DNA of 63,300 bases, the filler included, from Parachlamydiales bacterium (GTDB lineage: Bacteria; Chlamydiota; Chlamydiia; Chlamydiales; Parachlamydiaceae): assembly GCA_020051075.1 (NCBI GenBank). It is 6 parts of 6 records of this genome, joined end to end, with 100 filler letters (N's around TTAATTAATTAA, not from the genome) between each part and the next. Parts side by side here need not be neighbours in the genome. Positions count along the whole stretch, not along the records: positions 1 to 28,073 come from JAGVJP010000118.1; 5 more parts are not named here. One strand, written 5' to 3'. Made by a program: the position numbers and the translations under genes. Position 1 is the stretch's first letter. Each line of letters opens with the position of its first letter. This document shows, piece by piece, positions 1 through 10,440 of the stretch. The notes beneath the pieces were generated by a model. It worked only from the letters and a program-made list of their open reading frames with translations, ran no database searches and was not told where the DNA came from.

Positions 1-80
1 GAGTTGTTGCTTTGATCGCGCTTGCCTGGTTTCTCTACCGCCAACGGAACAAGGGAAAGCCGATCTTCAAGAAGCTGTGA
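1..80 (+). CDS. 3' end of a membrane protein gene, truncated by the window edge
   Basis: Frame 3 reads VVALIALAWFLYRQRNKGKPIFKKL* (hydrophobic helix plus basic tail), with TGA at 78-80. Confidence 0.5.
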   Translation, partial: VVALIALAWFLYRQRNKGKPIFKKL

Positions 81-84
81 AGTG

Positions 85-263
85 ATGGACACTATGGACT
101 AGATGGACTAGATGGACTCTATGGACAAAAATGGACCATATTGGACCATATGGACTGAAAACAAAGCAGTAGTCATGTCCATAAAGTCCATCTAGTCCAT
201 CTAGTCCATAAAGTCCATAAAGTCCATCTAGTCCATACTGTCCATCTAGTCCATAGTGTCCAT
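85..263. repeat. Foldback repeat built from ~9-nt ATGGACnnn units and inverted GTCCATnnn units
   Basis: The 24-bp termini ATGGACACTATGGACTAGATGGAC (85-108) and GTCCATCTAGTCCATAGTGTCCAT (240-263) are perfect reverse complements. The element lies between convergent genes. Confidence 0.9.
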
Positions 264-283
264 AAACAGGTTTGGCAGCTTTC

Positions 284-1102
284 TTATTCCGTTAGTTTTG
301 ACAAAGTTATTTCAAGGAAATCGCCTTTGGCGTAGATGGCAGAGATTTCACCTCGAAGTTTTCTATATTTTTGTCTAAGAGCAACAGTTTCTGCGTGATC
401 GAGGTCTCCAACAAAATACACTGAGCCAATAAGGAAAGGATAGTACCCATAGTCTCCGCATCCTTTGAGTTTAATCGTAGAATATTCCAATGCAGGGCTG
501 CTTAAAACTGCATTATTAAAATAGTCGCGTTCTCTCCGGTTATAAAGAATAGCATTGTGTTTCCCATAGCCTAGAAGAATTCCCCAAAGCATTTCGTTGT
601 TACTGATACTGTTTCGAAAAGAAGCTTTACCTGACTCAATGTTACTTAAGAGCTGTTCTGGAACGATTTTATGTCCTAGAATAGATTCGAACAAAGGTAA
701 ATGCTGATACACAGTTTTGAGAAAAGCCTTCTTGTTTATGATGATAATATGAGATACTTGCAAATTTTTCGAAGGGTGGTTTTCGTTTAACACCAGATAA
801 TTTTTAAAGGTAAACAAGTTTTTGTATTTTTCCCAAGTTTGCCATTTCTTCCAGAAAATTGCATCGGATTGAATCCGTTCGAGAGTGTTTTCCCAGGGTG
901 TTAATGTGAAGTGCCCAGAGATGGAAACTGCTTTATCTCCAAATAGTGTGTAGGCAAAGTGGTCTTCTTTGACTAAAAACGAGAACAAGGAACAGATTTC
1001 TTGACGATCTTTATCAGGGATTTCCTGAAGGATGGTTGATACATTTGTTCCTTGTAATGAATATGAAATAAAAATAAAGAAAATAACAAAAAATTTATAC
1101 AT
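284..1102 (-). CDS. Hypothetical exported protein
   Basis: 272-aa ORF with a signal-peptide-like N-terminus; motifs FAYTLFGDK and GILLGYGxxNA resemble a recurrent environmental-chlamydial family as I recall it. Confidence 0.75.
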   Translation of the reverse strand: MYKFFVIFFIFISYSLQGTNVSTILQEIPDKDRQEICSLFSFLVKEDHFAYTLFGDKAVSISGHFTLTPWENTLERIQSDAIFWKKWQTWEKYKNLFTFKNYLVLNENHPSKNLQVSHIIIINKKAFLKTVYQHLPLFESILGHKIVPEQLLSNIESGKASFRNSISNNEMLWGILLGYGKHNAILYNRRERDYFNNAVLSSPALEYSTIKLKGCGDYGYYPFLIGSVYFVGDLDHAETVALRQKYRKLRGEISAIYAKGDFLEITLSKLTE

Positions 1103-1118
1103 TTTGATTTATTTAATA

Positions 1119-1502
1119 TCAGTGTTTCTTATTTTTGTTGTCTCTTTCTCTATCATTCTTTTCTTTTTCTTTTCTTTCATTTGCTCTGTTTTTCTCTTTT
1201 TCCTCCCAGGTTTTATTAACATCCCCGCACCCAGGGCATACAGGTCTTTCGGGTGGGTTATAATGTCCATTAGAATCTATCCAAAGAACTCTAGTGCTGT
1301 CAGTATAAAGACCATTGATATCGTGTGCAAGCGTGTCTGTCATTCCTGCCATGCCATCAATGTTAACGATGATTCCATTCTGAGATACCATCACATCTTG
1401 TGGACTCAGGTAAAGTTTACATGAATCGCAAAACTCTTGAGCAATTAGAGTCATTGAAGATGTTCCTATAGCTATCAAGAGCGAACATAAATATTTTCTC
1501 AT
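1119..1502 (-). CDS. Small secreted hypothetical protein with CxxC motifs and a charged C-terminal tail
   Basis: The ATG at 1502 (MRKYLCSLLIAIG...) gives a signal peptide. Contains CDSC and CPGC. Its stop is 16 nt upstream of the next gene on the same strand. Confidence 0.65.
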   Translation of the reverse strand: MRKYLCSLLIAIGTSSMTLIAQEFCDSCKLYLSPQDVMVSQNGIIVNIDGMAGMTDTLAHDINGLYTDSTRVLWIDSNGHYNPPERPVCPGCGDVNKTWEEKEKNRANERKEKEKNDRERDNKNKKH

Positions 1503-1697
1503 CTGTCTTCCTTTGGTTTGAAATATTCTAAAATTAGAGTTTACCTGAGAACAGTCTAGTTTTATCACCAAATTTAGAAAGGAGGTTTATGATCCATTCT
1601 GAGGGTGAGAAGCGAGCGTCTCAGAAAGTACTCTGATTAGGATTATTCAGATGCCAATGAAATTTTGCAAGACTTTTGTAAAAAAAAATTGTAATCA

Positions 1698-4600
1698 CTA
1701 AGATACTTTCTCGATGGAGATGACAGTGGGCTCGCCATTGAGGTCCCAATCGGTGCCGGAGCAGGGGCCGAACTGCACATCGACAGCCAAGACCTCTTGA
1801 CAGATGTAGTCTTCGTACAGTTTAAAGCACTGCTTCACACGGTCAGTTGTCTCCAGGCGCAGTTTGATCCGGTCAGTCACATCCAAGTCTGCATCGCGGC
1901 GCATCGTGTTGACTTTGTTGACAACCTCTCGTGAGAGTCCCTCGATCAACAAATCCTCGTTGAGGTGGGTGTCAAGAGCGATGGTGATCAGTCCCTGGTT
2001 CGCAGCGATCAAGTCTTCACGTACGATTCTTTCGACTTGAACATCCTCTGGGGTGAGGATAGTGGCGTTCCCTTCCAGGTAGATGACAATGGAGCACCCT
2101 TCCATGATCTTGGCCAGCTGGTCTTGAGTGAATTGTTCGATCGCAAGCTGAGCTCCTTTCATGAGCTTTCCTAGTTTTTTTCCTAAGATCCGGAAATTAG
2201 CCTTTGCCTGAAGGCTGACAAATTTGCTTTCGTCCTTGCTGAAGGTCACTGTTTTTACATTCAACTCTTCTGCGATGAGATGTTGTTGGTCTTCGAGGAA
2301 TGACAAGATCTGGTCGTCTGGAGAGACGAGATGGGCAGCAGCAAGAGGCTGCCGTACTTTCAGTTTATGCTCTTTGCGAAGGGAGTGGCCCAAGCTTGTC
2401 GTCACTTGTACCGCTTCCATCTCAGCTTCAAGCTTCTGACGCCTTAGTCCAGGGTGGTAGATGGGGAAGTCGCAATGGTGAACCGATTCAGGCATGTCCG
2501 AGGTGCGGAGATTTTGGTAAATCGTCTCGCTGATAAATGGGATGTAAGGAGCGGCGATCTTGACCAACTCGATTAAGACATAATATAAAGTGGCAAAAGC
2601 CTGATCCCGATCAGGCGAGGCTTCATTTTCCCAAAAACGGCGTCTTGAGCGTCTGATATACCAATTCGTGAGCTGGTCGATGAACGCGACGAAGGGCTCC
2701 ACGGCTCGGGAGAGGTCATAGTCATCCATTCCGAGCTCAACTTCATGGATCAGTTTATTCACTTGCGACACGATCCACTGATCAATCACTTGATCGAGCT
2801 TGTCGGGGAGTGGGGTGGGATTCCATTTATAGATTCGCGCATAGGTCACCAGAAAAGTATAAGCATTCCAAAGCGGCAGCATGATCTGCCTTAACACTAA
2901 TTCAACACCAGCTTTTGAGAAGGAGAGGTCTTCACCTTTAACGGCAGTGCTATGGAGAAGGTAAAGGCGGATCGCGTCTGCGCCATATTGGTGGATGACG
3001 TCAACGGGGTCGGGGTAATTTTTCAGTCGTTTAGACATTTTAGCCCCATTTTCTGCAAGGATCAACCCATTCACGACCACATTTTTAAATGCAGGCTGGT
3101 CAAATAATGCTGTCGACAATATCGTTAAAGTGTAAAACCATCCTCGCGTTTGATCTAACCCTTCAGCGATGAAGTCGGCAGGGAAGTTCTTTTCAAACAG
3201 ATCGGAATTTTCGAAGGGGTAATGATTCTGAGCATAAGGCATCGACCCTGATTCAAACCAGCAGTCGAAGACTTCAGGGATGCGGCGGAAAATTTTCCCC
3301 TCTTTCTCGATGGTCAGGTCGTCGATAAAATGGCGATGGAGGTCATTGACGTCCTTTCCAGTATATTGCTTTAATTCGGCAATGCTGCCGATGACGAGGA
3401 GTTCGCCATCTTCAGCTCTCCATATTGGAATGGGGGTTCCCCAATAGCGGTTACGGCTGATCGCCCAATCCCGCGCCCCTTCGAGCCATTTCCCGAAGCG
3501 TCCATATTGAATGTGTGAAGGCGTCCAATGGATCTTTTCATTGGAAGCGAGTAATCTGTCTTTGATTTTTTCGACAGAGACAAACCACGAGCTGACCGTC
3601 TTATAAATTAAAGGGGTGTCTGAGCGAGGGCAGAAGGGGTAGCGGTGGCGGCAAGTGCCTTGATGAAAAACTTTACCTTCTTGCTTCAGTCGCCGCATGA
3701 TCTCTTTATCGGCATCTTTAACAAAGAGGCCATGAAACTCAGCGATCTCCTCAGTGAATAGCCCATTATTGTTAACTGGACAAACAGGCTCGATTCCAGC
3801 TTTCTGGCAGGCAAAGAAGTCGACTTCGCCAAAAGCTGGCGCTGTCTGGACGATGCCGGTTCCTTCATCAATAGAAATTGTATCTTCTAAAATAATTCGA
3901 AATGCCCCTTTCAGCTCATGATCGGCAAAGTAATCGAATAGAGGGATATAGCGGTGTCCTTCTAACTCCAAGCCTGGGAAGGTTCTAACTAACGTGTAAT
4001 CATCCTCATTTTTATAGTACGAATGGATCCGTGCGGAGGCTAAGATATAGTGGCGCTTGGTTGCGTGGTCGATGACTTCAGCATATTCAATCAATGGGCT
4101 GACCATTAATGCTAAATTTGAAATTAACGTCCAAGGGGTTGTCGTCCACGCTAGATAATAGGTGTTCTCACTTTCTCTGGAATGGAAGGCTACAGTTAGG
4201 GAGGGGTCGTCGACATCTTTATAGTTTTCTGAAGCTTCAAAATTTGATAGAGGAGTCCCCAGTTTAGCTGAGAAAGGCATCACTTTGAACCCTTCATAGA
4301 CTAAGCCTTTTTCGAAAAGCTGCTTAAACACCCACCAAACAGACTCCATAAAGGTTTTGTCCATAGTGTGGTAAGTGTGGTTGAAGTCGACCCATCTTCC
4401 CATTCGAGTGACAATGGCTTGCCATTCTTTAGTGTAGCGGAGAACGATGCTTCGGCATTCTTCATTAAAGCGGGGGATGCCGAATTCTTCGATCGAGATT
4501 TTTCCGGAAAGTCCAAAGGTTTTCTCGATTTCGCTCTCTACCGGCAGGCCATGGCAGTCCCAGCCGAAACGGCGGGGCACATGGAAGCCCTTCATGGTCT

Positions 4601-4811
4601 TATAACGGAGGACAACGTCTTTGATTGTACCGGCTAAAAGATGGCCATAATGAGGCAGTCCTGTCGCGAAAGGAGGCCCGTCATAGAAAGTGAAACGGGG
4701 GCAGTGTTCTCTCAGGATGATCGACTGTTCAAACATCTGCTTGCTTTGCCATAGCTGAACAATTTTCTTTTCTCTTTCATCGAAAGACTCTTGGGGAACT
4801 TCTTGGAACAT
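1698..4811 (-). CDS. ileS: Isoleucine--tRNA ligase (type 2, archaeal/eukaryote-like)
   Basis: FYDGPPFATGLPHYGH (HIGH motif), GWDCHGLP, WTTTPWTL, EGLDQTRGWFY, KMSKR; 1037 aa. Confidence 0.98.
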   Translation of the reverse strand: MFQEVPQESFDEREKKIVQLWQSKQMFEQSIILREHCPRFTFYDGPPFATGLPHYGHLLAGTIKDVVLRYKTMKGFHVPRRFGWDCHGLPVESEIEKTFGLSGKISIEEFGIPRFNEECRSIVLRYTKEWQAIVTRMGRWVDFNHTYHTMDKTFMESVWWVFKQLFEKGLVYEGFKVMPFSAKLGTPLSNFEASENYKDVDDPSLTVAFHSRESENTYYLAWTTTPWTLISNLALMVSPLIEYAEVIDHATKRHYILASARIHSYYKNEDDYTLVRTFPGLELEGHRYIPLFDYFADHELKGAFRIILEDTISIDEGTGIVQTAPAFGEVDFFACQKAGIEPVCPVNNNGLFTEEIAEFHGLFVKDADKEIMRRLKQEGKVFHQGTCRHRYPFCPRSDTPLIYKTVSSWFVSVEKIKDRLLASNEKIHWTPSHIQYGRFGKWLEGARDWAISRNRYWGTPIPIWRAEDGELLVIGSIAELKQYTGKDVNDLHRHFIDDLTIEKEGKIFRRIPEVFDCWFESGSMPYAQNHYPFENSDLFEKNFPADFIAEGLDQTRGWFYTLTILSTALFDQPAFKNVVVNGLILAENGAKMSKRLKNYPDPVDVIHQYGADAIRLYLLHSTAVKGEDLSFSKAGVELVLRQIMLPLWNAYTFLVTYARIYKWNPTPLPDKLDQVIDQWIVSQVNKLIHEVELGMDDYDLSRAVEPFVAFIDQLTNWYIRRSRRRFWENEASPDRDQAFATLYYVLIELVKIAAPYIPFISETIYQNLRTSDMPESVHHCDFPIYHPGLRRQKLEAEMEAVQVTTSLGHSLRKEHKLKVRQPLAAAHLVSPDDQILSFLEDQQHLIAEELNVKTVTFSKDESKFVSLQAKANFRILGKKLGKLMKGAQLAIEQFTQDQLAKIMEGCSIVIYLEGNATILTPEDVQVERIVREDLIAANQGLITIALDTHLNEDLLIEGLSREVVNKVNTMRRDADLDVTDRIKLRLETTDRVKQCFKLYEDYICQEVLAVDVQFGPCSGTDWDLNGEPTVISIEKVS

Positions 4812-5037
4812 AGCTCATCTCGTTAATTAGACGTATTGATCATCACTACTGTACTCGTTCTGAATCTAAAAGTCCATTGGACTTTTTGAACCCGTCATCC
4901 AATCCCATAAAAAATAAAAGCTGGTTGAACAATTTATCTTAAACTTGTAGACTCATGCGATTATACTCGTGTTTATCTGATTTTTTTCAACTAGATGCTA
5001 GCATATATTATAAGATAACTGTGATGGGAGCCTATAA

Positions 5038-7533
5038 ATGTTCGAAGAAGACAATCAAAATACTTCTCTTGAGTTGGGGATCGAAGACGCACTCATGAAT
5101 TCTCTTGGGGACGATGAGGACCAGCAGAAAACCAGCTCTGCTCTTCCAGACGAAGTATTCGTCTTTCCTTTAGTGAAACGTCCTTTTTTCCCGGGGATGG
5201 CCGCTCCTATTGTGATTGAACCAGGCCCCTTTTATGAAGTATTAAAAGTTGTCGCAAAATCCGATCACAAATGTGTAGGGTTGCTGATGACCCGTTCAGA
5301 GACGATCGATATTTATAAGGCGACGTTTGAAGAGATGCATAAAATTGGCGTGTTGGCTCGGGTGCTCCGGATCATCCCAATGGAGCAGGGCGGGGCGCAG
5401 GTGATCTTGAATATGGAAAGACGGATGATTGTCAAAACTCCCATATCAGAACAACCGTCTTTAAAAGCTAATGTCGAATACTATGAAGACAATCACATCC
5501 TCACAACCGAGCTCAAAGCATATGCCATCAGCATCATTTCGACGATTAAAGAGTTATTGAAATTGAATCCTCTGTTTAAAGAGGAACTGCAGATCTTTCT
5601 CGGCCATTCAGACTTCACCGAGCCAGGAAAACTTGCAGATTTTGCTGTTGCATTGACCACAGCTTCCCGCGATGAGCTTCAAGATGTTTTGGAAACTTTC
5701 AATATCAATAAACGGATCGATAAGGCGTTGATACTGCTGAAGAAAGAGCTTGATATCAGCATCTTGCAGAACAACATCAATCAGAAAATCGAAGCGACAA
5801 TCAATAAAACTCAAAAAGATTTCTTTTTACGGGAGCAGCTCAAAACGATAAAGAAAGAATTGGGAATCGAAAGAGATGATAAATCCCTTGACCGGGAGAA
5901 GTTTCAAGCTCGCCTCAAAGAGAGGGTCGTCCCTCCTGATGTCCTGCAGGTGATCAACAACGAACTTGAAAAACTCAGCGTCTTGGAGATCCAATCTTCT
6001 GAATATGGCGTCTGCCGCGGCTATCTTGACTGGTTGACGATTATCCCTTGGGGCGTCCTCGGTCAAGAACACCATGACTTGGATGAAGCAGAAAAAATCC
6101 TGGCAGAAGATCATTATGGATTAGAGGATATCAAAGAGCGGATCATCGAATTTATCAGTGTGGGCAAGCTTGCTGGGGGTGTTCGTGGAAGCATCATCTG
6201 TCTTGTTGGGCCTCCAGGGGTAGGGAAAACAAGCATCGGAAAAAGTATTGCACGTGCATTAAATCGAAAGTTTTACCGATTTTCTGTTGGCGGGATGAGA
6301 GATGAGGCAGAGATTAAAGGGCATCGACGCACTTACGTCGGCGCAATGCCTGGAAAAATGATCCAGGCCCTCAAACACTGTCAGACGATGAATCCTGTGA
6401 TCATGCTCGATGAAGTGGACAAGATGGGTAAAAGCTATCATGGCGACCCTGCCTCAGCTTTGCTTGAAGTGCTCGACCCTGAGCAGAACGCCGAATTCCT
6501 CGACCACTATCTCGATGTGAGATGCGACCTCTCGAACGTTCTCTTTATTGTCACAGCAAACGTCTTAGATACCATTCCTGAGCCTCTGAAAGATCGGATG
6601 GATATCCTTCGTCTTTCTGGCTATATCATGCAAGAGAAAATCGAAATTGCAACCAAATACCTGATTCCTCGCAACCGCAAGATGATGGGGCTCAAGTCTT
6701 CTCAGGTGGTCTTTACCAAAGAAGGGCTCCGTTCGATCATCAATGGCTATGCGCGGGAATCGGGTGTTCGAACGCTGGAAAATCTGATCAAGAAAATTTT
6801 AAGAAAAGCGGCTGTAAAGATAGTCCGTGAAAATCAACGGATAGAGAATTTGGCAGCTCAGAAAAAAAGGAAGGCAAAAGCTACGCCTCCTGTCATTCAT
6901 CGCTATTCGATCAATAATAAGAATGTGGCAGAATTTCTAGGAAAACCGGTTTTTACTAGTGACCGGTTTTATCCAAGAACCCCTGTCGGAGTTTGCATGG
7001 GGCTTGCCTGGACGGCTCTTGGCGGAGCTACGCTCTATATCGAATCGATCAAGGTTGTAGGTGAAAAGACTGAGATGAAGTTAACCGGACAAGCTGGCGA
7101 TGTGATGAAAGAATCGGCCCAGATTGCCTGGAGTTATCTTCACAGTGCTCTCCATAAATATGCCCATGAACACACGTTTTTTGAGAAATCGCAAGTTCAC
7201 ATCCATATCCCTGAAGGGGCGACCCCAAAAGATGGCCCTTCGGCAGGGATCACGATGGTCACCTCCCTTCTCTCCTTGTTGTTGGATACTCCCGTGTTAG
7301 ATAACCTCGGCATGACAGGAGAGCTCACTTTAACAGGGATGATTTTGCCTATTGGCGGGGTCAAGGAGAAGCTTGTTGCTGCACGGCGGTCTGGATTAAA
7401 AGTGTTGATTTTTCCTAAAGACAATCTAAGGGATTACGAAGAGCTTCCAGAGTATATCCGAAAGGGGTTGACAGTCCACTTTGTCGAACACTATGACGAA
7501 GTCTATCACATTGCTTTCCCAACAAGAAGATAA
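5038..7533 (+). CDS. lon: ATP-dependent Lon protease
   Basis: Lon N-domain, Walker A GPPGVGKTS, DEAEIKGHRRTYVGAMPG, catalytic PKDGPSAG and GGVKEK. Confidence 0.98.
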   Translation: MFEEDNQNTSLELGIEDALMNSLGDDEDQQKTSSALPDEVFVFPLVKRPFFPGMAAPIVIEPGPFYEVLKVVAKSDHKCVGLLMTRSETIDIYKATFEEMHKIGVLARVLRIIPMEQGGAQVILNMERRMIVKTPISEQPSLKANVEYYEDNHILTTELKAYAISIISTIKELLKLNPLFKEELQIFLGHSDFTEPGKLADFAVALTTASRDELQDVLETFNINKRIDKALILLKKELDISILQNNINQKIEATINKTQKDFFLREQLKTIKKELGIERDDKSLDREKFQARLKERVVPPDVLQVINNELEKLSVLEIQSSEYGVCRGYLDWLTIIPWGVLGQEHHDLDEAEKILAEDHYGLEDIKERIIEFISVGKLAGGVRGSIICLVGPPGVGKTSIGKSIARALNRKFYRFSVGGMRDEAEIKGHRRTYVGAMPGKMIQALKHCQTMNPVIMLDEVDKMGKSYHGDPASALLEVLDPEQNAEFLDHYLDVRCDLSNVLFIVTANVLDTIPEPLKDRMDILRLSGYIMQEKIEIATKYLIPRNRKMMGLKSSQVVFTKEGLRSIINGYARESGVRTLENLIKKILRKAAVKIVRENQRIENLAAQKKRKAKATPPVIHRYSINNKNVAEFLGKPVFTSDRFYPRTPVGVCMGLAWTALGGATLYIESIKVVGEKTEMKLTGQAGDVMKESAQIAWSYLHSALHKYAHEHTFFEKSQVHIHIPEGATPKDGPSAGITMVTSLLSLLLDTPVLDNLGMTGELTLTGMILPIGGVKEKLVAARRSGLKVLIFPKDNLRDYEELPEYIRKGLTVHFVEHYDEVYHIAFPTRR

Positions 7534-7545
7534 GGAGCTTACTCT

Positions 7546-8055
7546 GTGGCATCATCTTCACCTCTCTTATGGTCTGAAGCATATAAAAAAAAGGTTGTCA
7601 TCCCAGCCCATATCGAAAGATTTGTCTGCGAGCTTCGCAGAACAAAGAAAACGATTGCGACGTTGAACGGTTCATTCGACCTTCTCCATGCAGGGCATCT
7701 GCAAATCATCTTCGAAGCTTCTCAACAAGCTGACGTCTTATTTGTTGCCCTCAATTCCGATGCTTCTATTAAAAAATATAAAAGCCCGAAACGGCCGATT
7801 ATCCCCCTTGAATACCGTTTGCAGATGATGGCAGCGTTGCAATTTGTCGACTATCTCACTTGGTTTGAGGAAACTGACCCTTGCCGCATCCTCTCTCTCA
7901 TCAAACCTGACATCCATGTTAATGGGGCTGAGTATGGGGAAAACTGCGTCGAAGCAGATATCGTCAAAGCCAATGGCGGAAAGATTCATATTGTTTCCTT
8001 GGTTCCTGGACTGTCTACATCCAGCGTTGTACAAAAAATACAAGAAGGGGTGTAG
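7546..8055 (+). CDS. Cytidylyl/adenylyltransferase (RfaE/HldE domain II-like)
   Basis: NGSFDLLHAGH, VALNSDAS, KPDIHVNG and GLSTS motifs. Confidence 0.88.
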   Translation: MASSSPLLWSEAYKKKVVIPAHIERFVCELRRTKKTIATLNGSFDLLHAGHLQIIFEASQQADVLFVALNSDASIKKYKSPKRPIIPLEYRLQMMAALQFVDYLTWFEETDPCRILSLIKPDIHVNGAEYGENCVEADIVKANGGKIHIVSLVPGLSTSSVVQKIQEGV

Positions 8056-8059
8056 GAAC

Positions 8060-9211
8060 ATGCGTTTAATTGGCACTCTTTCTGACGAGCAAGAAGGCCG
8101 TCTATTTGCCCGATTTTTGGAAAAACAGGGGATTGCATGCAAGGTCGATATTGGTTCCGACCAAGACTGGGGAAGCGAGCATTATGGAACACCCTTTTGT
8201 CAAATTTGGATTGTCGATGAGGACCAGGTGGAAAAAGCTGTTCAGTGGCTCAATGTATTTAAAAATCATCGGGAAGACCCTCAGTTTGATGAGTCTTCTC
8301 ACGCTGCACCATCCTTTTCAAAAGACTTACCGAAGACGCCATCACCACAAGTTCCCTTGGAGGCTCGCCCGATGGGGACAATCACCCGAGGGCTGTTGAT
8401 CATTTGCTGCCTCCTTTTTTTTTCCAGCCTGATCTTGATGAGAGAGGATAAAATCCCTGAAAAGTATGAGAGCTTAAGCCTCTTTACCTCTCCAATTGAA
8501 AAGACGATGCTTTACGACTATCCATTGTTTTATCAGCTCATTGGCCGTTTCATCAAACTTTACGGTGTCGAAGCACTTGAAAATCCTTCCAATATCACTC
8601 CTGAAGGGAAAGTGCTGATGAATCAAATCCAACATACTCCCTATTGGCAAGGAGTGTACCAGCTTTGGGTTGAAGAGAGCAAAGCCCAGAACAAAGAGCA
8701 TCCAACCTCTTCTCCTCCGCTCTTCGAAAAAATCAGGGAAGGAGAAATCTGGAGGCTATTTTCCCCATGTCTCCTGCATGGAAGCGCTCTTCATCTTCTA
8801 TTTAACATGCTTTGGCTGATTGTGCTCGGTAAGCAGTTAGAACACAGGTTGACCCCTTGGCGATATATCCTCTTCATTCTCATGACTGGGATTATATCGA
8901 ATACGGCTCAATACTTGACAAGCGGACCTAATTTCATCGGGTTTTCAGGCATCCTCTGCGCGATGCTCGCTTTCGTCTGGGTCAGACAGGTTGACGCCCC
9001 ATGGGAGGGGTACCAAATTGATCGCCTCACCCTTGTGTTCATGTTGGTTTATGTCCTAGGGATGGCTGGACTTCAGGTTGTGTCGTTCTTTTTTGAAACA
9101 GTTTATGACGTTGCATTGACTCCCAATATCGCTAATATGGCCCATTTAAGTGGAGGAGTCATCGGATATCTTCTTGGGAAGCTCAATTATTTCAGCTGGA
9201 GGCAATCTTAA
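8060..9211 (+). CDS. Rhomboid intramembrane serine protease (GlpG-like)
   Basis: The likely start is ATG 8060 (MRLIGTL), just after the upstream stop. Motifs WRLFSPCLLH, HLLFNMLW, catalytic GFSG and AHLSG. Confidence 0.92.
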   Translation: MRLIGTLSDEQEGRLFARFLEKQGIACKVDIGSDQDWGSEHYGTPFCQIWIVDEDQVEKAVQWLNVFKNHREDPQFDESSHAAPSFSKDLPKTPSPQVPLEARPMGTITRGLLIICCLLFFSSLILMREDKIPEKYESLSLFTSPIEKTMLYDYPLFYQLIGRFIKLYGVEALENPSNITPEGKVLMNQIQHTPYWQGVYQLWVEESKAQNKEHPTSSPPLFEKIREGEIWRLFSPCLLHGSALHLLFNMLWLIVLGKQLEHRLTPWRYILFILMTGIISNTAQYLTSGPNFIGFSGILCAMLAFVWVRQVDAPWEGYQIDRLTLVFMLVYVLGMAGLQVVSFFFETVYDVALTPNIANMAHLSGGVIGYLLGKLNYFSWRQS

Positions 9212-10123
9212 ATGAGTGTCCGCGATCTGATCATTTTAGGCTGTTCTAGCCAACAGCCGACACGCTTCCGCAATCATGGCGCTTATCTACTTCGATGGAA
9301 TGGCGAAGGTCTTCTCTTCGACCCAGGCGAGGGGACTCAACGTCAATTCATCTTTGCCAACGTTGCACCAACATTCGTTAATCGAATTTTTATCTCTCAT
9401 TTTCACGGGGACCACTGCCTTGGATTAGGGTCGATTCTGATGAGATTAAACCTCGATAAGATCCAACACCCTGTTCACTGCTATTATCCAGCGAGCGGCA
9501 AGAAATACTTTGATCGGCTGCATCATGGGGCGATTTTCCACGAAAAAATCAAAGTGATCGAACATCCTGTCCACGAGCCTGGCCTTGTAGAGGATGATGG
9601 CCATTTCCGGATCGAAGCAGCCTTCTTAGAGCATGGTGTCAATAACATCGGTTGGCGCATCACTGAGCCTGATACTCGAAAATTTGACGACGACAAATTG
9701 AAGCTCCATGGTGTCAGGGGGCCGCTTGTCAAAGAATTAGAGTCTGCAGGCACCCTCATCATCAATGGAAAAAGCGTTTCTCTCGACGATGTCAGCTGGA
9801 TTAGAAAAGGGGATACCTTTGCTGTGGTCATTGATACGCTTTCCTGCCAAAGTGCCATCGATATTGCAAGGGGCGCTACGATGTTTTTATGCGAGAGCAC
9901 CTATCTTGAAGAACATCGAGAGTTAGCTTTGCATCACAACCATTTAACAGCCAAGCAGGCTGCAATGATTGCCAAAGAGGCTGGCGTGAAGCAGCTCATC
10001 CTCACACACTACTCAGCGCGCTATTTGAACGCTAAGGTTTTTGAAACGGAAGCTAAAACGATATTCCCTAACACAAGAGCTGCAGAAGATTTCATGGTCT
10101 TTCAATTCCCCAAATCACCATGA
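9212..10123 (+). CDS. rnz: Ribonuclease Z
   Basis: Metallo-beta-lactamase motif [16 protein letters not shown], exosite [16 protein letters not shown]. Confidence 0.95.
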   Translation: MSVRDLIILGCSSQQPTRFRNHGAYLLRWNGEGLLFDPGEGTQRQFIFANVAPTFVNRIFISHFHGDHCLGLGSILMRLNLDKIQHPVHCYYPASGKKYFDRLHHGAIFHEKIKVIEHPVHEPGLVEDDGHFRIEAAFLEHGVNNIGWRITEPDTRKFDDDKLKLHGVRGPLVKELESAGTLIINGKSVSLDDVSWIRKGDTFAVVIDTLSCQSAIDIARGATMFLCESTYLEEHRELALHHNHLTAKQAAMIAKEAGVKQLILTHYSARYLNAKVFETEAKTIFPNTRAAEDFMVFQFPKSP

Positions 10124-10440
10124 GAACAAGATAAGCAAGATAACAAGATAACAAGATCGCAATTTCCCACAACAAGAAAAACAGGATGGGCAGGATAAAC
10201 AAAAAACAGGATAGGTAGGATCGCTTCGCGGCAGGATAGGCAGGATAAAAAAACAGGATAGGTATGATAGGAAAGATATTAGAAGTATGAATTAAAATTC
10301 AGTAGGCTTCTCTTTAATAATGAAAAAGAGAAGGTGCTTTTTTTCCTATCCTTCCTTATCTTTCCTATCCTGTTTATCCTGCCGCGAAGCGATCCTACCT
10401 ATCCTGTTTTTTGTTTATCCTGCCCATCCTGTTTTTTTTA
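10124..10440. repeat. CAGGATAGG-family foldback element (copy 1)
   Basis: Core CAGGATAGGTAGGATCGCTTCGCGGCAGGATA (~10207-10238) with its reverse complement at ~10375-10406 and an AT-rich spacer; between convergent genes. Confidence 0.9.

Noticed and set aside
1032..1424. Hydrophobic 130-aa plus-strand ORF and the many other short antisense ORFs inside ileS, lon, nqr, glmS and the ankyrin gene
   Set aside because: These are shadow ORFs opposite well-supported genes; the Phe-rich stretch mirrors the Lys/Glu-rich tail on the other strand.
7844..8059. N-terminal 72-aa extension of the rhomboid ORF
   Set aside because: It overlaps the upstream nucleotidyltransferase gene; ATG 8060 right after that stop is the more plausible start.
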